DNA of 63,373 bases, filler included, from an uncultured bacterium (GCA_964637655.1; 3 parts of 3 records of this genome joined end to end with filler, not necessarily neighbours in it); one strand, 5' to 3'. Shown: positions 1 through 10,769, numbered from the whole stretch's first letter. Made by a program: numbers and translations. Notes: generated by a model not told the origin, from the sequence alone.

Positions 1-3000
1 AATAACCTGATCGATTCCAACCTGATCACCAACGGCCAGAATCAGGGTATTTACCTGACGTCGGATACGAACACGGTCACCAATAACCGCATCATTTCCT
101 GCAAGACGTATGGCATCTCCCTTGCCGGCGCGGATTTCAACACGCTGAGCGGCAACTACGTGTACGGCACCTTGAGCAGCGGCATAGGGATCATAGTGAA
201 CAACAGTCAGGGGAACGTGCTGCACGCCAACCTGATTGACTCGAACCTCCAGTACGGGATACGTATCACCGGGACAGCGACGAACACCGCGTTATACCGG
301 AACCGGGTGCAGAGGAACGGCAACTACGCGGTGTGGCTCGACGGCAGCACCACCGCCGACACGTTCAGCCGGAACAACATCACGTCAGAGGTCGGCAAAC
401 TGGTGAGCACCGGCACGGCGGGGTGGGAATTCGACCTGACGCGCAACTGGTGGGGAACCACCGATTCCGCGCTGATCAGCGCCTCGCTCGGCGGGACTGA
501 TTCCCCGAACGTGCGCTGGCAGCCCTATCGCCTCGGCGAATGCGACACGACGGCGGGCGCGGACACCATCGCCCCGGCGGCGCCGGTCAGCGTGACGGTG
601 ACCGGGTATGCCGGCGGCTGTTCAGTGATCTGGACGAGCGCGCTGGTCAACGAGGAAATCGGGGGCGTGGTGACGGACACCGGCGGGTTCCGTATCTACC
701 GCTCGCTGACCGCAGACACGAACGTGTGGCAATGGGTGGGGAACGCGGCGGCAACAGCAACCTCGTTTGCCGACAGCGGCGGCATGTCCATCGACAGCAC
801 CTACCATTATCGCGTCACCTGCTACGATAACCATGCCGGGTGGCCCAACGAATCATACTACAGCGACAGCATCGCCTTGGGCAGCCCGCTGTACGGTGGC
901 CCGATATGGTATGTCAGCAGCGATACGGGGAGCGACACCAGCGCGGGCAAAGGGACGGCGACCAAGCCCTTCCGCACCATCTTCCAGGCGCTGCAATCCT
1001 GCGCCAGCGGCGACACCATCCAACTCTACGCCTGCAGCGCGGTCTGGAGCGAGTCGGTGGTCATCACCAAGGATACCATCGCAATTGTCGGCATGGGGCG
1101 CGACCGGAGCATCATCGAGCCCGGGGCGAACATCGGCTGCACGGCGGCGGCGCGCACGGGACTGAAACTGCGTGACCTGTGCATTCGCAATGCCGGCGGC
1201 GTGAATGACAACATCAACTGGTCAGGGGTTGTCTTCTCAGAAATCAGCGGCTGCAGCATCACCAAGGCAGGCGGCAGGGGCATAACCCTCGTCAATGTCG
1301 ATACCAGCAGCATCACCGGGAACCGCATCGACAAAAATACCGGTTACGGCATCAACGCGGACAGCAGCTGCGGCAATTACCTGTACGACAACTATGTCGT
1401 GCAGAATACGGCCACCAACCTGCGCCTGTTGTATGCTTCGTATAACAACCGTGTTGATTCGAATACGATAACCGGGGGCGGCAGCACCGGATTTGCGCTG
1501 ACCAGTGACTCCAACACTATCACTAACAACCGCATTACCGGCGCCAATCTGGTGAACCTGCATATGAGCAGCGCCGACAGCAATACGGTGCTGAATAATT
1601 ACCTGGCGGGCAATCTCAGTGCGGCCCTGGCGAATCTGCTGTGTGAGACGGGGTCGTATAACGTCTTTGATTCCAACACGGTGGTCAGCGGGGCGCAAAC
1701 CGGCATCAAACTCATCGGCGACACGAACATCCTGCGCAATAACCTGGTCAGCGGCAATGCACTCAATGGCATGGAATTCGAAGGCGCAGATTTCAACAGC
1801 GTGTACGGAAACACCTTCAGCGGCAACGGTAATAGTGGCATCTGGATGTACAGCGGGGCATACGGCAACAGCATCGACACCAACGTGATTGACAACAACA
1901 CGCTGGCGGGCATCTACGCCGGCGGCGCGCACTACAACCGGATACGGCATAACCGCATTACCCGCGCGGGTACACAGGGGCTGGTGTTTGACGCGTCAAA
2001 CAACAACTATGCTGCGCAGAACTATATCGCGGCGAACACGGACACGGCGCTGCGCATTATCGGGGCGTCAGCGGCCGACACGATCGAGAAGAATGTCATC
2101 ACCTCGGCAGTCGGGCGACTGGTGACGAATAATGCCACCATGAGCTGGACCTTCGACCTGCGGCGCAACTGGTTTGGCACGACCGACAGCAGCGCGCTGG
2201 CGACAATGATCACCGGCAGTGCAGTCAATGAACTGCGCTGGCAGCCGTATCGCCTCGGGGAGTGCGACACGCGCGCGGGACAGGATACCATCGCGCCGGC
2301 CGCGCCGGCAACCGTCACGTCGGCGTTCGTTGGCGACACCGGCTACACGGTTACATGGAGCGCGGCAACGACGAATGAGGAAATCGGCGGTGCGGTGGCA
2401 GGTCTTGCCGGGTACCGCGTCTACCGCAGTGCCACGGCCGACACCGGCTACTGGCAGCAGGTGGGCGAGGTTGCCGCCGGGACGACGACCTTCACTGACA
2501 GCGGACTGTCGGGGAACTACCTCTACCGCGTGACCGCCTACGACAACCATAGCCCGTATCCCAACGAGTCGTATTACTCCGATTCCATTGCCACGCCTGA
2601 CACCAGCGGGCCGGGGGCGAATGTCTGGTATGTCAACAACAACGACACGACGGGCGACGTCCACTGCACGGCGGTGGGCAGCAATGCCAATCATGGTATG
2701 ACGCCGTCCAAGCCGAAACTGACCATCGCTGCGGTCATGGCGCTGGTTTCGGCGGGGGACACCATCTACCTCGACGCGGGTACCTACAGCGAGGCGGTGG
2801 TGATGACCGTTGACACGGTCGCGCTCATCGGGGCGGGGAACGCGCTGGCGATCATCGAACCTGGCGCGAATGTCGGCTGCACGGCGGCGGCGCGGTCGGG
2901 CCTGAAACTGCGCAACCTGTGCATTCGCAACGCTGCCGGCGGCATGGACAACGTCAACTGGACCGGCATGGCGTTTTCCGAAATCAGCGGCTGCAGCATT

Positions 3001-6000
3001 GCCGGGGCGGCCAACTACGGCGTCTACTACACGGGCAGCAACGGCCTGCTTTACAACAACCAGCTGAAGTCGAACGGTAATGTGAACCTGTATCTTACCG
3101 GCAGCGCGTACAACAACCGCATCGATTCCAACACGCTGCTGGTTTGCGGCAGTTCCGGTTTATACCTTGGCAACAACTGTGACTCGAACACGATTTCCGG
3201 AAACCGCATATCCGGCGCTGTGTTCTCCAATCTGCACGCTGACAGTGTCTCCCACACCCTGGTGCTGAACAACTACCTGTCAGGGAATACCGGTGGCGCC
3301 AGCGGCAATCTGCTGGTAACCGGCAGGAACAACACGATTGATTCGAACACGACAGTGAGCGGCGCGTACACGGGCATTATCGTGGGGGGCGATACGAATA
3401 CCGTCCGCAGTAATTACTCAAACAGCAACACGCAGGACGGCCTGGAACTCGCCTCGGCCAATTTCTGTACGGTGTACCACAATACGTTCAGTGGCAACAG
3501 CCAGGCCGGCATCTGGGTCAACGGCGGGTACGGCAACAGCATCGAGACGAACGTGATCACCGGCAATTCGACCAAAGGCATTGCGGTGGAGAACTCCAAC
3601 AACAACCACATCGGGCACAACCGGATCACTGGTTCGGGCTCGTACGGGATATTCTTCAATGCCGCCAGCAACAACCGGGCTGTCCAGAACTACCTGGCGA
3701 CGAGCACGGACATGGCAGTGTATATCATGGGCGCCTCGTCAGCCGATACCATCGAGAAGAACAGCATCACCAGCGCGACTGGCAAACTGGCATCGAACAA
3801 CTCTTCGGCAGGATGGCCCTTCGACCTCAGCCGCAACTGGTGGGGAGCGACGGACAGCAGCGTCATCGCCGCGGGGATGGCGGGGACGACGGCGAACCTG
3901 CGCTGGCAGCCGTACCGCCTCGGGGAATGCGATACGCGGGCCGGGCAGGACACCGTCGCCCCGGCGGCACCGGCGAACGTCGGCTGCACCGCGGGCGTCA
4001 ACAGCATGTGGGTCGGCTGGTCGGCAGCGACGACGAACGAGGAAATTGGCGGTGCGCCGGCGGACCTGGCGGGGTACAAAGTTTACCGCGCCCAGCGGGC
4101 GGATACGTCGTCTTGGCTATATGTCGGGAGCAGTGCCGGGCTGACGTTTAGCGATACGACCGCGACCGCGGACACGGGCTGGTGCTATGCCGTGACGGCG
4201 TACGACAACCACAACCCGTGGCCGAACGAATCATTCTATTCAGCAGCCACTAATGTCGACACGCCGGTGAGCGCGCTGCTCTTTACCACGCTGCAGGTGT
4301 CAGACAGCGACCGCACCGGCACCACGACGGTCAGCCCGCTGTATGTCGCGTCCGACAGCGCCTGGCTGACGGTTGTGGCGAACAAAGCGGACACGGTGGC
4401 GGTGGGGAATGCCACCATCGGCTACGACACGAAGTATCATACGGGGCGCGACACGCAGATTGCGGTCAACCTTGCACCGGGGACCAACGTTGTCACCATC
4501 TACGCGGTTTCAGGCATCACGCACACCTGCAGCACCTTTGTGGTCTACTGCGACACGACGGCGCCCGCAGTGAACGCGTGGTATCTGGCAGGTTCACGGG
4601 TGCATTATGACCCGGCCGCCGGCCGCTACAGCACGGACAGCAGCTCGCTGCTGGTGGTGAGCAGCGTGACCGACAGCAGCAGTTTCCTGCAGCGCTATGG
4701 CGAGGATGCCGCGTACAACCTTGGCAGCGATACCGCGTGGCGCGCCTACAGCACGGCGCAGGCGTATACGTGGGCGGATACTGACTTCATCTTCACGCTC
4801 TATGCGCAGTATGTCGACAGCAGCAACATGAGCGTGCAGCGGACGGCGAACATCATTGTCGATACGACGGTGCCGGTCATCACGCATACCGGGCTGGCGG
4901 ACAGTCAGCCGTGCAACGACACGCTGAGCGTGACGGCGACCATCGCGGACCTGTCAGGGACGACGGCGGTGCGGGCGTATGTCTGGTACCGCAATGACCA
5001 GTACAACAGCAATGCGTGGGATTCTTCAGCCATGACCTGCGCGCCGGGCGGGACCTGGTCGGGGAACATCCCGCAGCAGGCAGTCGGGCAGTTTGCCGAC
5101 CCGCTCATCGAGTACTTTATAAGCGCGACGGACACCTTCGGGCGCACGGGCTACTGGATGTCGCAGGCGAACCCCGACTCGTTCACCACGGATTCAGGGC
5201 TGACTGCGGTGGTGAACATCCTGCAGGGATTGTCGGATACGCGGACGCTGACGACCAGCGGCCTCTATGTGACACAGGGGTCGTGCACCATTGCGGTGGC
5301 GCCGTCGGCGCTGACCGACAGCATCACCATCGCCTACTATCGCGGCAGCACGCTGGCGGACACTTTCCAGCGCTTCGGCTATATGGACACCTGGCAGGTG
5401 CTGCCCGCGCTCGCGGCGGGGCAGAACACCATCGTTGTCTGGCTGCAGGACAGCGGCCCGCTGCCGCGCTTCTGGCGCGCGTATGTCATCACGGCGGATA
5501 CGACGGCACCGCTTTTCGCGGTGATGGACACGACCACGCGGCGCATCGCGGGGACGACGGGCAGCTGCACCTTCACGGCGCAGGACAGCAGTGGCGTGGC
5601 GACGCTCTACCTGACCGGTGACCTGACGGCGGACACGCGGGCCTACACGGGCAGTCCGGTGGCGTTGGCTTTCACCGGCGGGACGGGGTGGAAGAACATT
5701 TTCCACCGCTACGCTGACGTGGCGGGAAACCTGTCGGCGCTTTTTGGCGACTCGGTCTATGTCGATGTGACGGGCTGCACGGTGAGCATCACCTCGCTGA
5801 CCTATACCACGACGGGATCCTGGACCTGCACGGGCACGGTGCGGGACAATGGCATCGACACGCCGGCAACGGCGGGAGTGCGCCTCAACGGTACTGACAG
5901 CGGCACCACAGGTATCACTGGCGCCACCGGGGAATTCAGTACGGCGATGATATTGTCGGCTGGTCTGAATACGGTACGCATCACTGCAACCGATAGCGCG

Positions 6001-6951
6001 GGCAACAGCGGGTACGACGAGTTCAGCGTCTTCTACGCACTGACCGAAACGACGGTGACGTCGGGGACGCTGCCGGTGAGCACATCATTGTCGGACACGG
6101 CCGGCGGGAGCACCATTGTCAATGTGTCCGGCGGCAACGACACGGCGTATATCGTGGTGACGAACACGAGCGGCGGTGACAGCATCACGGTGACGGTGGA
6201 CTTTGCCGGATCGGGCTACACTATCCTGGTGGAGAAACTCGACACGGCGACGCTGCAGAACAACCTTGGTGTCAGTTCGTCGCTGAACGGCATCAGCAGC
6301 ACGGACTACAACCTGCTCGACTCGGCGGTGCTGAAGGTGACGGTCATCGACAGCACCGGCAACGTGGTCAGCGGCAACACCGGCTCCTACGATGCCATCA
6401 CCCTGCACTGGTACTATGGGGCACTGACCGCCGCGCAGGAACAGAGTTTGCACGTCTACTGGTTCGACCCGTCGGATTCGCTCTGGAAGAAGGCGACGGA
6501 TGTGGCCGGACTGCTGACGGCCTTCGGCGATGGGATTACCGAGAAGAAGGACATGACGGAGGATACCATCATGGTGAAGTCAACGCACTTCTCCATCTGG
6601 GGCATCTTTGCCGGCGGTGCCGTGCCGGTGGCCGGCAATCTCGACAACGTGGTTATTGCGCCGAATCCGTACAAGCCGTATGGTGACGACGCGCGCTACG
6701 GGCGCCCGTACGACGGAAACACGAATAACGCGACGGGCATCAGGTTCTTCAACCTGATGGCGAACACGCGCATCGCGATCTACACGGTGAACGGTGAACT
6801 GGTGGACGAGGAGACGACGCTGGCCAACCAGGGGCTCGCGGTCTGGGACGCGCGCAACAAGGACGGTGACGAGTGCGCCAGCGGGGTCTACATCGCGGTC
6901 TTTACCGCAGGCGACCAGCGCAAGGTGCAGAAGTTCGCCATCATCCGGTAG
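1..6951 (+). CDS. Giant surface/secreted protein (5'-truncated by window edge): repeated right-handed beta-helix (NosD/PbH1-like) + FN3 modules, Ig-like domains, C-terminal T9SS-type/FlgD-Ig-like sorting domain
   Basis: Frame is open from base 1 (NNLIDSNLITNGQNQGIYL...). Asn-ladder beta-helix repeats. Three copies of FDLxRNWxG...RWQPYRLGECDT...APAAP followed by FN3-like YRVTxYDNH..PNESxYS. C-terminus reads IAPNPYKP...IAIYTVNGELV...WDARNKDGDECASGVYI...KFAIIR. Confidence 0.85.
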   Translation, partial: NNLIDSNLITNGQNQGIYLTSDTNTVTNNRIISCKTYGISLAGADFNTLSGNYVYGTLSSGIGIIVNNSQGNVLHANLIDSNLQYGIRITGTATNTALYRNRVQRNGNYAVWLDGSTTADTFSRNNITSEVGKLVSTGTAGWEFDLTRNWWGTTDSALISASLGGTDSPNVRWQPYRLGECDTTAGADTIAPAAPVSVTVTGYAGGCSVIWTSALVNEEIGGVVTDTGGFRIYRSLTADTNVWQWVGNAAATATSFADSGGMSIDSTYHYRVTCYDNHAGWPNESYYSDSIALGSPLYGGPIWYVSSDTGSDTSAGKGTATKPFRTIFQALQSCASGDTIQLYACSAVWSESVVITKDTIAIVGMGRDRSIIEPGANIGCTAAARTGLKLRDLCIRNAGGVNDNINWSGVVFSEISGCSITKAGGRGITLVNVDTSSITGNRIDKNTGYGINADSSCGNYLYDNYVVQNTATNLRLLYASYNNRVDSNTITGGGSTGFALTSDSNTITNNRITGANLVNLHMSSADSNTVLNNYLAGNLSAALANLLCETGSYNVFDSNTVVSGAQTGIKLIGDTNILRNNLVSGNALNGMEFEGADFNSVYGNTFSGNGNSGIWMYSGAYGNSIDTNVIDNNTLAGIYAGGAHYNRIRHNRITRAGTQGLVFDASNNNYAAQNYIAANTDTALRIIGASAADTIEKNVITSAVGRLVTNNATMSWTFDLRRNWFGTTDSSALATMITGSAVNELRWQPYRLGECDTRAGQDTIAPAAPATVTSAFVGDTGYTVTWSAATTNEEIGGAVAGLAGYRVYRSATADTGYWQQVGEVAAGTTTFTDSGLSGNYLYRVTAYDNHSPYPNESYYSDSIATPDTSGPGANVWYVNNNDTTGDVHCTAVGSNANHGMTPSKPKLTIAAVMALVSAGDTIYLDAGTYSEAVVMTVDTVALIGAGNALAIIEPGANVGCTAAARSGLKLRNLCIRNAAGGMDNVNWTGMAFSEISGCSIAGAANYGVYYTGSNGLLYNNQLKSNGNVNLYLTGSAYNNRIDSNTLLVCGSSGLYLGNNCDSNTISGNRISGAVFSNLHADSVSHTLVLNNYLSGNTGGASGNLLVTGRNNTIDSNTTVSGAYTGIIVGGDTNTVRSNYSNSNTQDGLELASANFCTVYHNTFSGNSQAGIWVNGGYGNSIETNVITGNSTKGIAVENSNNNHIGHNRITGSGSYGIFFNAASNNRAVQNYLATSTDMAVYIMGASSADTIEKNSITSATGKLASNNSSAGWPFDLSRNWWGATDSSVIAAGMAGTTANLRWQPYRLGECDTRAGQDTVAPAAPANVGCTAGVNSMWVGWSAATTNEEIGGAPADLAGYKVYRAQRADTSSWLYVGSSAGLTFSDTTATADTGWCYAVTAYDNHNPWPNESFYSAATNVDTPVSALLFTTLQVSDSDRTGTTTVSPLYVASDSAWLTVVANKADTVAVGNATIGYDTKYHTGRDTQIAVNLAPGTNVVTIYAVSGITHTCSTFVVYCDTTAPAVNAWYLAGSRVHYDPAAGRYSTDSSSLLVVSSVTDSSSFLQRYGEDAAYNLGSDTAWRAYSTAQAYTWADTDFIFTLYAQYVDSSNMSVQRTANIIVDTTVPVITHTGLADSQPCNDTLSVTATIADLSGTTAVRAYVWYRNDQYNSNAWDSSAMTCAPGGTWSGNIPQQAVGQFADPLIEYFISATDTFGRTGYWMSQANPDSFTTDSGLTAVVNILQGLSDTRTLTTSGLYVTQGSCTIAVAPSALTDSITIAYYRGSTLADTFQRFGYMDTWQVLPALAAGQNTIVVWLQDSGPLPRFWRAYVITADTTAPLFAVMDTTTRRIAGTTGSCTFTAQDSSGVATLYLTGDLTADTRAYTGSPVALAFTGGTGWKNIFHRYADVAGNLSALFGDSVYVDVTGCTVSITSLTYTTTGSWTCTGTVRDNGIDTPATAGVRLNGTDSGTTGITGATGEFSTAMILSAGLNTVRITATDSAGNSGYDEFSVFYALTETTVTSGTLPVSTSLSDTAGGSTIVNVSGGNDTAYIVVTNTSGGDSITVTVDFAGSGYTILVEKLDTATLQNNLGVSSSLNGISSTDYNLLDSAVLKVTVIDSTGNVVSGNTGSYDAITLHWYYGALTAAQEQSLHVYWFDPSDSLWKKATDVAGLLTAFGDGITEKKDMTEDTIMVKSTHFSIWGIFAGGAVPVAGNLDNVVIAPNPYKPYGDDARYGRPYDGNTNNATGIRFFNLMANTRIAIYTVNGELVDEETTLANQGLAVWDARNKDGDECASGVYIAVFTAGDQRKVQKFAIIR

Positions 6952-7063
6952 GATAGGTCATTCCCGAATTGTTCTATCGGGAATCCAGCAGGGTAGTGGA
7001 CTCCCGATAACTGTCCTCGGGAGTGACGGACAGAGGAAATGTGCAAAGGTGCGAGGTGAAGTG

Positions 7064-7990
7064 ATGAAACTGATGCTCACGACGATACTGCTGCTGGCGC
7101 TGGCGGCGCCCGCGTACTGCGAATCGGGGAACGCCGCGGCGGCATACCTGCGCACGGGACAGGGGGCCCGCCCGATGGGGCTGGGGGGCGCCTATGTGGC
7201 CCTCGCGGAGGGGAGCCACGGGATGTACTGGAATCCCGGGGGGCTTGGCGTGGCGCGGCAGGCGGACGCGCTCTTCATGTACAACAGCAGTTTCGCCGAC
7301 ATCAACAACCAGTTCATCGCCTTTGCCTATCCGCTGGCTAATAACAACGGCACGCTGGGCGGGGCCGTCACGTACGTCGATTATGGCGACATGGACCGCT
7401 ACATGCTTACCAGCGCGACCACCTACAGCGCGCAGGGGAGTTTCAACGCGAATGACCTCGCGGTCGCGGTCGGCTACGGCAGGCGCATCCAGGAGCATGC
7501 GGGGGTGGGGCTGTCGCTGAAGTACCTGCGCAGCAAAATCGAGAGCGAAGATGCGAACGCTTTCGCCTGCGACCTCGGCCTGCTGTTCCATGAGGCGGGG
7601 AGCCCGTTCCGCATCGGCTTGGCGCTGACCAACCTCGGCACCAAGATGAAGTACATCAGCCGCAAGGACCAGCTGCCGCTTGATATCCGCGGGGGTTTCG
7701 CCTACACGCTGGGCGGGGTGCGCTACATCCCGGGGAACCTGACGCTGGCCTGCGACGCGCACAAGCCGGTGGACAACGATGCCGGGGTGAATGTCGGGCT
7801 GGAATACGCGCCGGTGGAGCAGTTCGCGCTGCGGGTGGGCTACGACTCGCTGCAGGATGCGGGCAATGGCCTGACCGCGGGCGCGGGGTTCGGTGTCGAG
7901 CAGTTCCGCGTCGACTATGCGTGGGTGGACGGCGGTCATCTCGACGACGCCCATCGCGTGTCGCTCAACTTCGCGTTCGGGGCTGAATAG
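7064..7990 (+). CDS. PorV/PorQ-family (FadL-like) outer-membrane beta-barrel
   Basis: Signal peptide MKLMLTTILLLALAAPAYC; motif GQGARPMGLGGAYVALAEG..GMYWNPGGL; amphipathic strands ending HRVSLNFAF. RBS GAGGTG upstream; start re-called from 6794 to 7064. Confidence 0.85.
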   Translation: MKLMLTTILLLALAAPAYCESGNAAAAYLRTGQGARPMGLGGAYVALAEGSHGMYWNPGGLGVARQADALFMYNSSFADINNQFIAFAYPLANNNGTLGGAVTYVDYGDMDRYMLTSATTYSAQGSFNANDLAVAVGYGRRIQEHAGVGLSLKYLRSKIESEDANAFACDLGLLFHEAGSPFRIGLALTNLGTKMKYISRKDQLPLDIRGGFAYTLGGVRYIPGNLTLACDAHKPVDNDAGVNVGLEYAPVEQFALRVGYDSLQDAGNGLTAGAGFGVEQFRVDYAWVDGGHLDDAHRVSLNFAFGAE

Positions 7991-8061
7991 ACGTTTTACC
8001 GGACTGCCATAGCGTTTTTGCTGGACTTCATCGATAGGGAGCAATCTGCACATTACAGAAA

Positions 8062-8361
8062 TTAGTATGGTGTCCCCGAATTTCCCAGGCGCGCCAGTTC
8101 GCGCTTCAGGCGGCGGTAGCGCAGCCAGCCGAGGAGGGCGGTGAGCAGGCCCGCCGGGATGAAACACCAGCCGATAAGCCCGAGCATCGTCCCGGTCAGA
8201 AAATGGACAAACGTGAGTCCGGCAATCACCAGCGTGAGCGCGGTGCGCCAGTAGGCGAGCAGGGTGCGTTCGTTGGCGAGCACGGTGCGGTCGAGCGCGA
8301 GATGGTCGCGCAGGATGAGATCCTCAGCGGCAAAGCGGCTGTAGGGCGGTTGTCCGGCCAT
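8062..8361 (-). CDS. DUF202 / YidH-family small inner-membrane protein
   Basis: RDHLALDRTVLANERTLLAYWRT signature followed by TM helices; RBS GGAGG. Confidence 0.85.
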   Translation of the reverse strand: MAGQPPYSRFAAEDLILRDHLALDRTVLANERTLLAYWRTALTLVIAGLTFVHFLTGTMLGLIGWCFIPAGLLTALLGWLRYRRLKRELARLGNSGTPY

Positions 8362-8383
8362 TGGCTACCTCCAGAGTGCGCAC

Positions 8384-8412
8384 AGCATACCGCTGCCGGT
8401 GAAATCCGTCAA
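8384..8412 (-). promoter_or_regulatory. sigma70-type promoter for DUF202 gene
   Basis: TTGACG-N17-TATGCT on the minus strand. Confidence 0.6.
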
Positions 8413-8452
8413 GCCGGGACAGCCAACATACCGGAAAGTGTGTGTCCCCTTT

Positions 8453-10738
8453 TCAGCGGATGCCCTGCGCGTTGAGGTGTTTGCCGTACTGGCGGTCGCT
8501 GCGCATGATGTGGTTGAGCAGCCAGTCGCGCAGGAAGGAGAGGATGTCCTCCGAGACCGCGGCGCGGCCCGCCTGCACATCCGCCTGGAAGGCGCGGACT
8601 TTGCTGATGAAGGCCTGGTGCGCCGCTTTCTGTTCCGGCAGCCCGGGGTAGCCGTGCTGCGCCATCAGTTTCTCCTCGCTGCCGAAATGCGTCACGGTAT
8701 ACGAAATCAGCCCGGTGAGGATGTTGCCGAGGCGCGCGGCATCCTTGCCCGACTGCAGCGCGGCGTGCAGTTCATTGATGTAGCCGACGAGCTTGCGGTG
8801 CTGCGCATCCATGGCCCCGACGCTGACGCTCATGCGGTCGCTCCACGGGATGAATTCGCGCCCGGCGGCAGGGCCTGACGCCGCGGCCGCGCTGTCGAAG
8901 CGGAAGGTGGCTACACGCTCGCGCAGCGCGTCGGCCTGCGCGGAGAGGGCGCGCACCGCCTCCGCCATCTGCTCGGCCGCCCCCGAGTTCTGCTCGACGA
9001 CTTCGGCCACGGTCTGCACGGCACTGCTGACCTCACGCGCCGCGGCCTGCTGCGACTCGACCATGGACGAAATGCGCCCGATGGCGTCGGCGGTCTGTTC
9101 GACCCCGCTGACGATGTTGCCGAGCGCCTCGCCCGCGGTGGTGGCGAGGCGGGTGCCGGTGGCAACATTGTTCCCCGACTCGCGGATGAGCCCGCCGATC
9201 TCGCGCGCCGCCTGCGAGGCGCGTTCGGCGAGCTTGCGCACTTCGTCGGCGACGACGGCGAACCCCCGTCCGTGTTCCCCGGCGCGGGCCGCCTCGATGG
9301 CGGCATTGAGCGCCAGCAGGTTGGTCTGGTCGGCAATTTCGCCGATGGTGCCGATGATCTCGCTGATCTGGTCGGAGGAGCGGGAAATCTGCTTGACCGC
9401 GTCGACCGCGGCGCTGACTGCCTGCCCACCCTCGCGCGCCACGTCGGCGTTGCCGCTGGCGAGATCGCGCGCCTGCTGCGCGCTCCCGGTCACCTCGGCC
9501 ACCGTGCTGCTCAGCGACTCGACCGAGGCGGAAATTTCCTCGACGGTGGCCGCCTGGCTCTGTGCTCCCGAAGCGACGCCCTGCGCCTGCGCGGTGAGGG
9601 TGCCGGCGGCGGCGGTGATGTCGGCGGCGGCGGCGGCGGTGGCGGCCACGAGCTGCGCCAGCGACTGCACCATGCTGTCGAGCGCGCGCGCCAGGTCGCC
9701 GATCTCGTCGCCGCGCGCGGTATGGCGCGGGTCGATGCGCTGCGTCAGGTCACCCTGCGCCACGGCCCGGGCAAAGTCGACCCCGACCTGCAGCGGCTCG
9801 GTGACCAGACGGCGCAGCGCGCCGACGAGCAGGACGAGGAAGATGACGAAGAGCAGGCCGGCGATGGCGAGGATGCCGAGCGCCATGTGGTTGGCCAGCG
9901 TGGTGATGACCGAGACATCCTTGCCGCAGAAGAGAATGCCGGTGGCCTTACCGGAGACGTCGGTGAGCGGCAGGTAGGCGGCAACGTACGGCCGGCCGAG
10001 AATGGTGGTCTCCCCGTAGTAGGGCCTGCCGTCGCGCAGCACCGTGTCGAGAATTTCCTGGTGTTCGAGTTTCGTGCCGACCGCACGCTGCCCGTCTGCC
10101 TTGATGATGGTCGTGGCCACCCGCTCATTGCCGTGGAAAATGGTGAAATCGCACTGGAACAGTTCCTTCTGCCGGTCGAGGTAGTCGTTGTTGGAAAGGA
10201 CGTAGCCGAGTGACACCGCGCCGAGGATGCTGCCGTCGGCACTGCGCAGCGGCGTCCCCGCGCGGATGGAGTACTTGACCAGCGCCCCCTGTTCGACACC
10301 GACGGAGGACGCCCCGGCCAGCGCCCGCTGGATGTTGCGCTGGTTGCCGATGCTGTCACCGAATTTCTCCGGCTCATGCGCGCGGGCCAGCACGGTGCCG
10401 CGCGGGTCGGTGATGACCAGATAGTCGAGCCCGATGGAACGCATGGCCAGCTGCCCGAGTTGCAGCATGCCCGCGCGGTCGCCCGCCTGCACCGCCTGCA
10501 CGAGGCGGCTGCTGCGCTCGAACCATGCGGTGGCAGCCAGCGCCTGGGCCGAACGGGTTTCAATCTGCCCCTTGAGGAGTTCACCGCGCTGCTGCATCTC
10601 CGCGGTGAAGTAGGCGGTGAGCTGGCGGTCGAGCAGCGCGCGCGAGCCAAGGACGACGGCAACAAGGAGCACGGCAAGGAACAGCGTGGTAATAAGCGTG
10701 ATCTTGCGCGAGATGGATAGACGGCTGAATAAGGTCAT
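8453..10738 (-). CDS. Methyl-accepting chemotaxis protein: periplasmic Cache, HAMP, MCP signalling domain, C-terminal bacteriohemerythrin (DcrH-like)
   Basis: Two TM helices; [40 protein letters not shown]-terminal [16 protein letters not shown]...HFGSEE...[10 protein letters not shown]. Start re-called at ATG 10738 with RBS GGAGG. Confidence 0.92.
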   Translation of the reverse strand: MTLFSRLSISRKITLITTLFLAVLLVAVVLGSRALLDRQLTAYFTAEMQQRGELLKGQIETRSAQALAATAWFERSSRLVQAVQAGDRAGMLQLGQLAMRSIGLDYLVITDPRGTVLARAHEPEKFGDSIGNQRNIQRALAGASSVGVEQGALVKYSIRAGTPLRSADGSILGAVSLGYVLSNNDYLDRQKELFQCDFTIFHGNERVATTIIKADGQRAVGTKLEHQEILDTVLRDGRPYYGETTILGRPYVAAYLPLTDVSGKATGILFCGKDVSVITTLANHMALGILAIAGLLFVIFLVLLVGALRRLVTEPLQVGVDFARAVAQGDLTQRIDPRHTARGDEIGDLARALDSMVQSLAQLVAATAAAAADITAAAGTLTAQAQGVASGAQSQAATVEEISASVESLSSTVAEVTGSAQQARDLASGNADVAREGGQAVSAAVDAVKQISRSSDQISEIIGTIGEIADQTNLLALNAAIEAARAGEHGRGFAVVADEVRKLAERASQAAREIGGLIRESGNNVATGTRLATTAGEALGNIVSGVEQTADAIGRISSMVESQQAAAREVSSAVQTVAEVVEQNSGAAEQMAEAVRALSAQADALRERVATFRFDSAAAASGPAAGREFIPWSDRMSVSVGAMDAQHRKLVGYINELHAALQSGKDAARLGNILTGLISYTVTHFGSEEKLMAQHGYPGLPEQKAAHQAFISKVRAFQADVQAGRAAVSEDILSFLRDWLLNHIMRSDRQYGKHLNAQGIR

Positions 10739-10769
10739 TGACTGCCTCCAGGCGATATTCGCAAAATGC

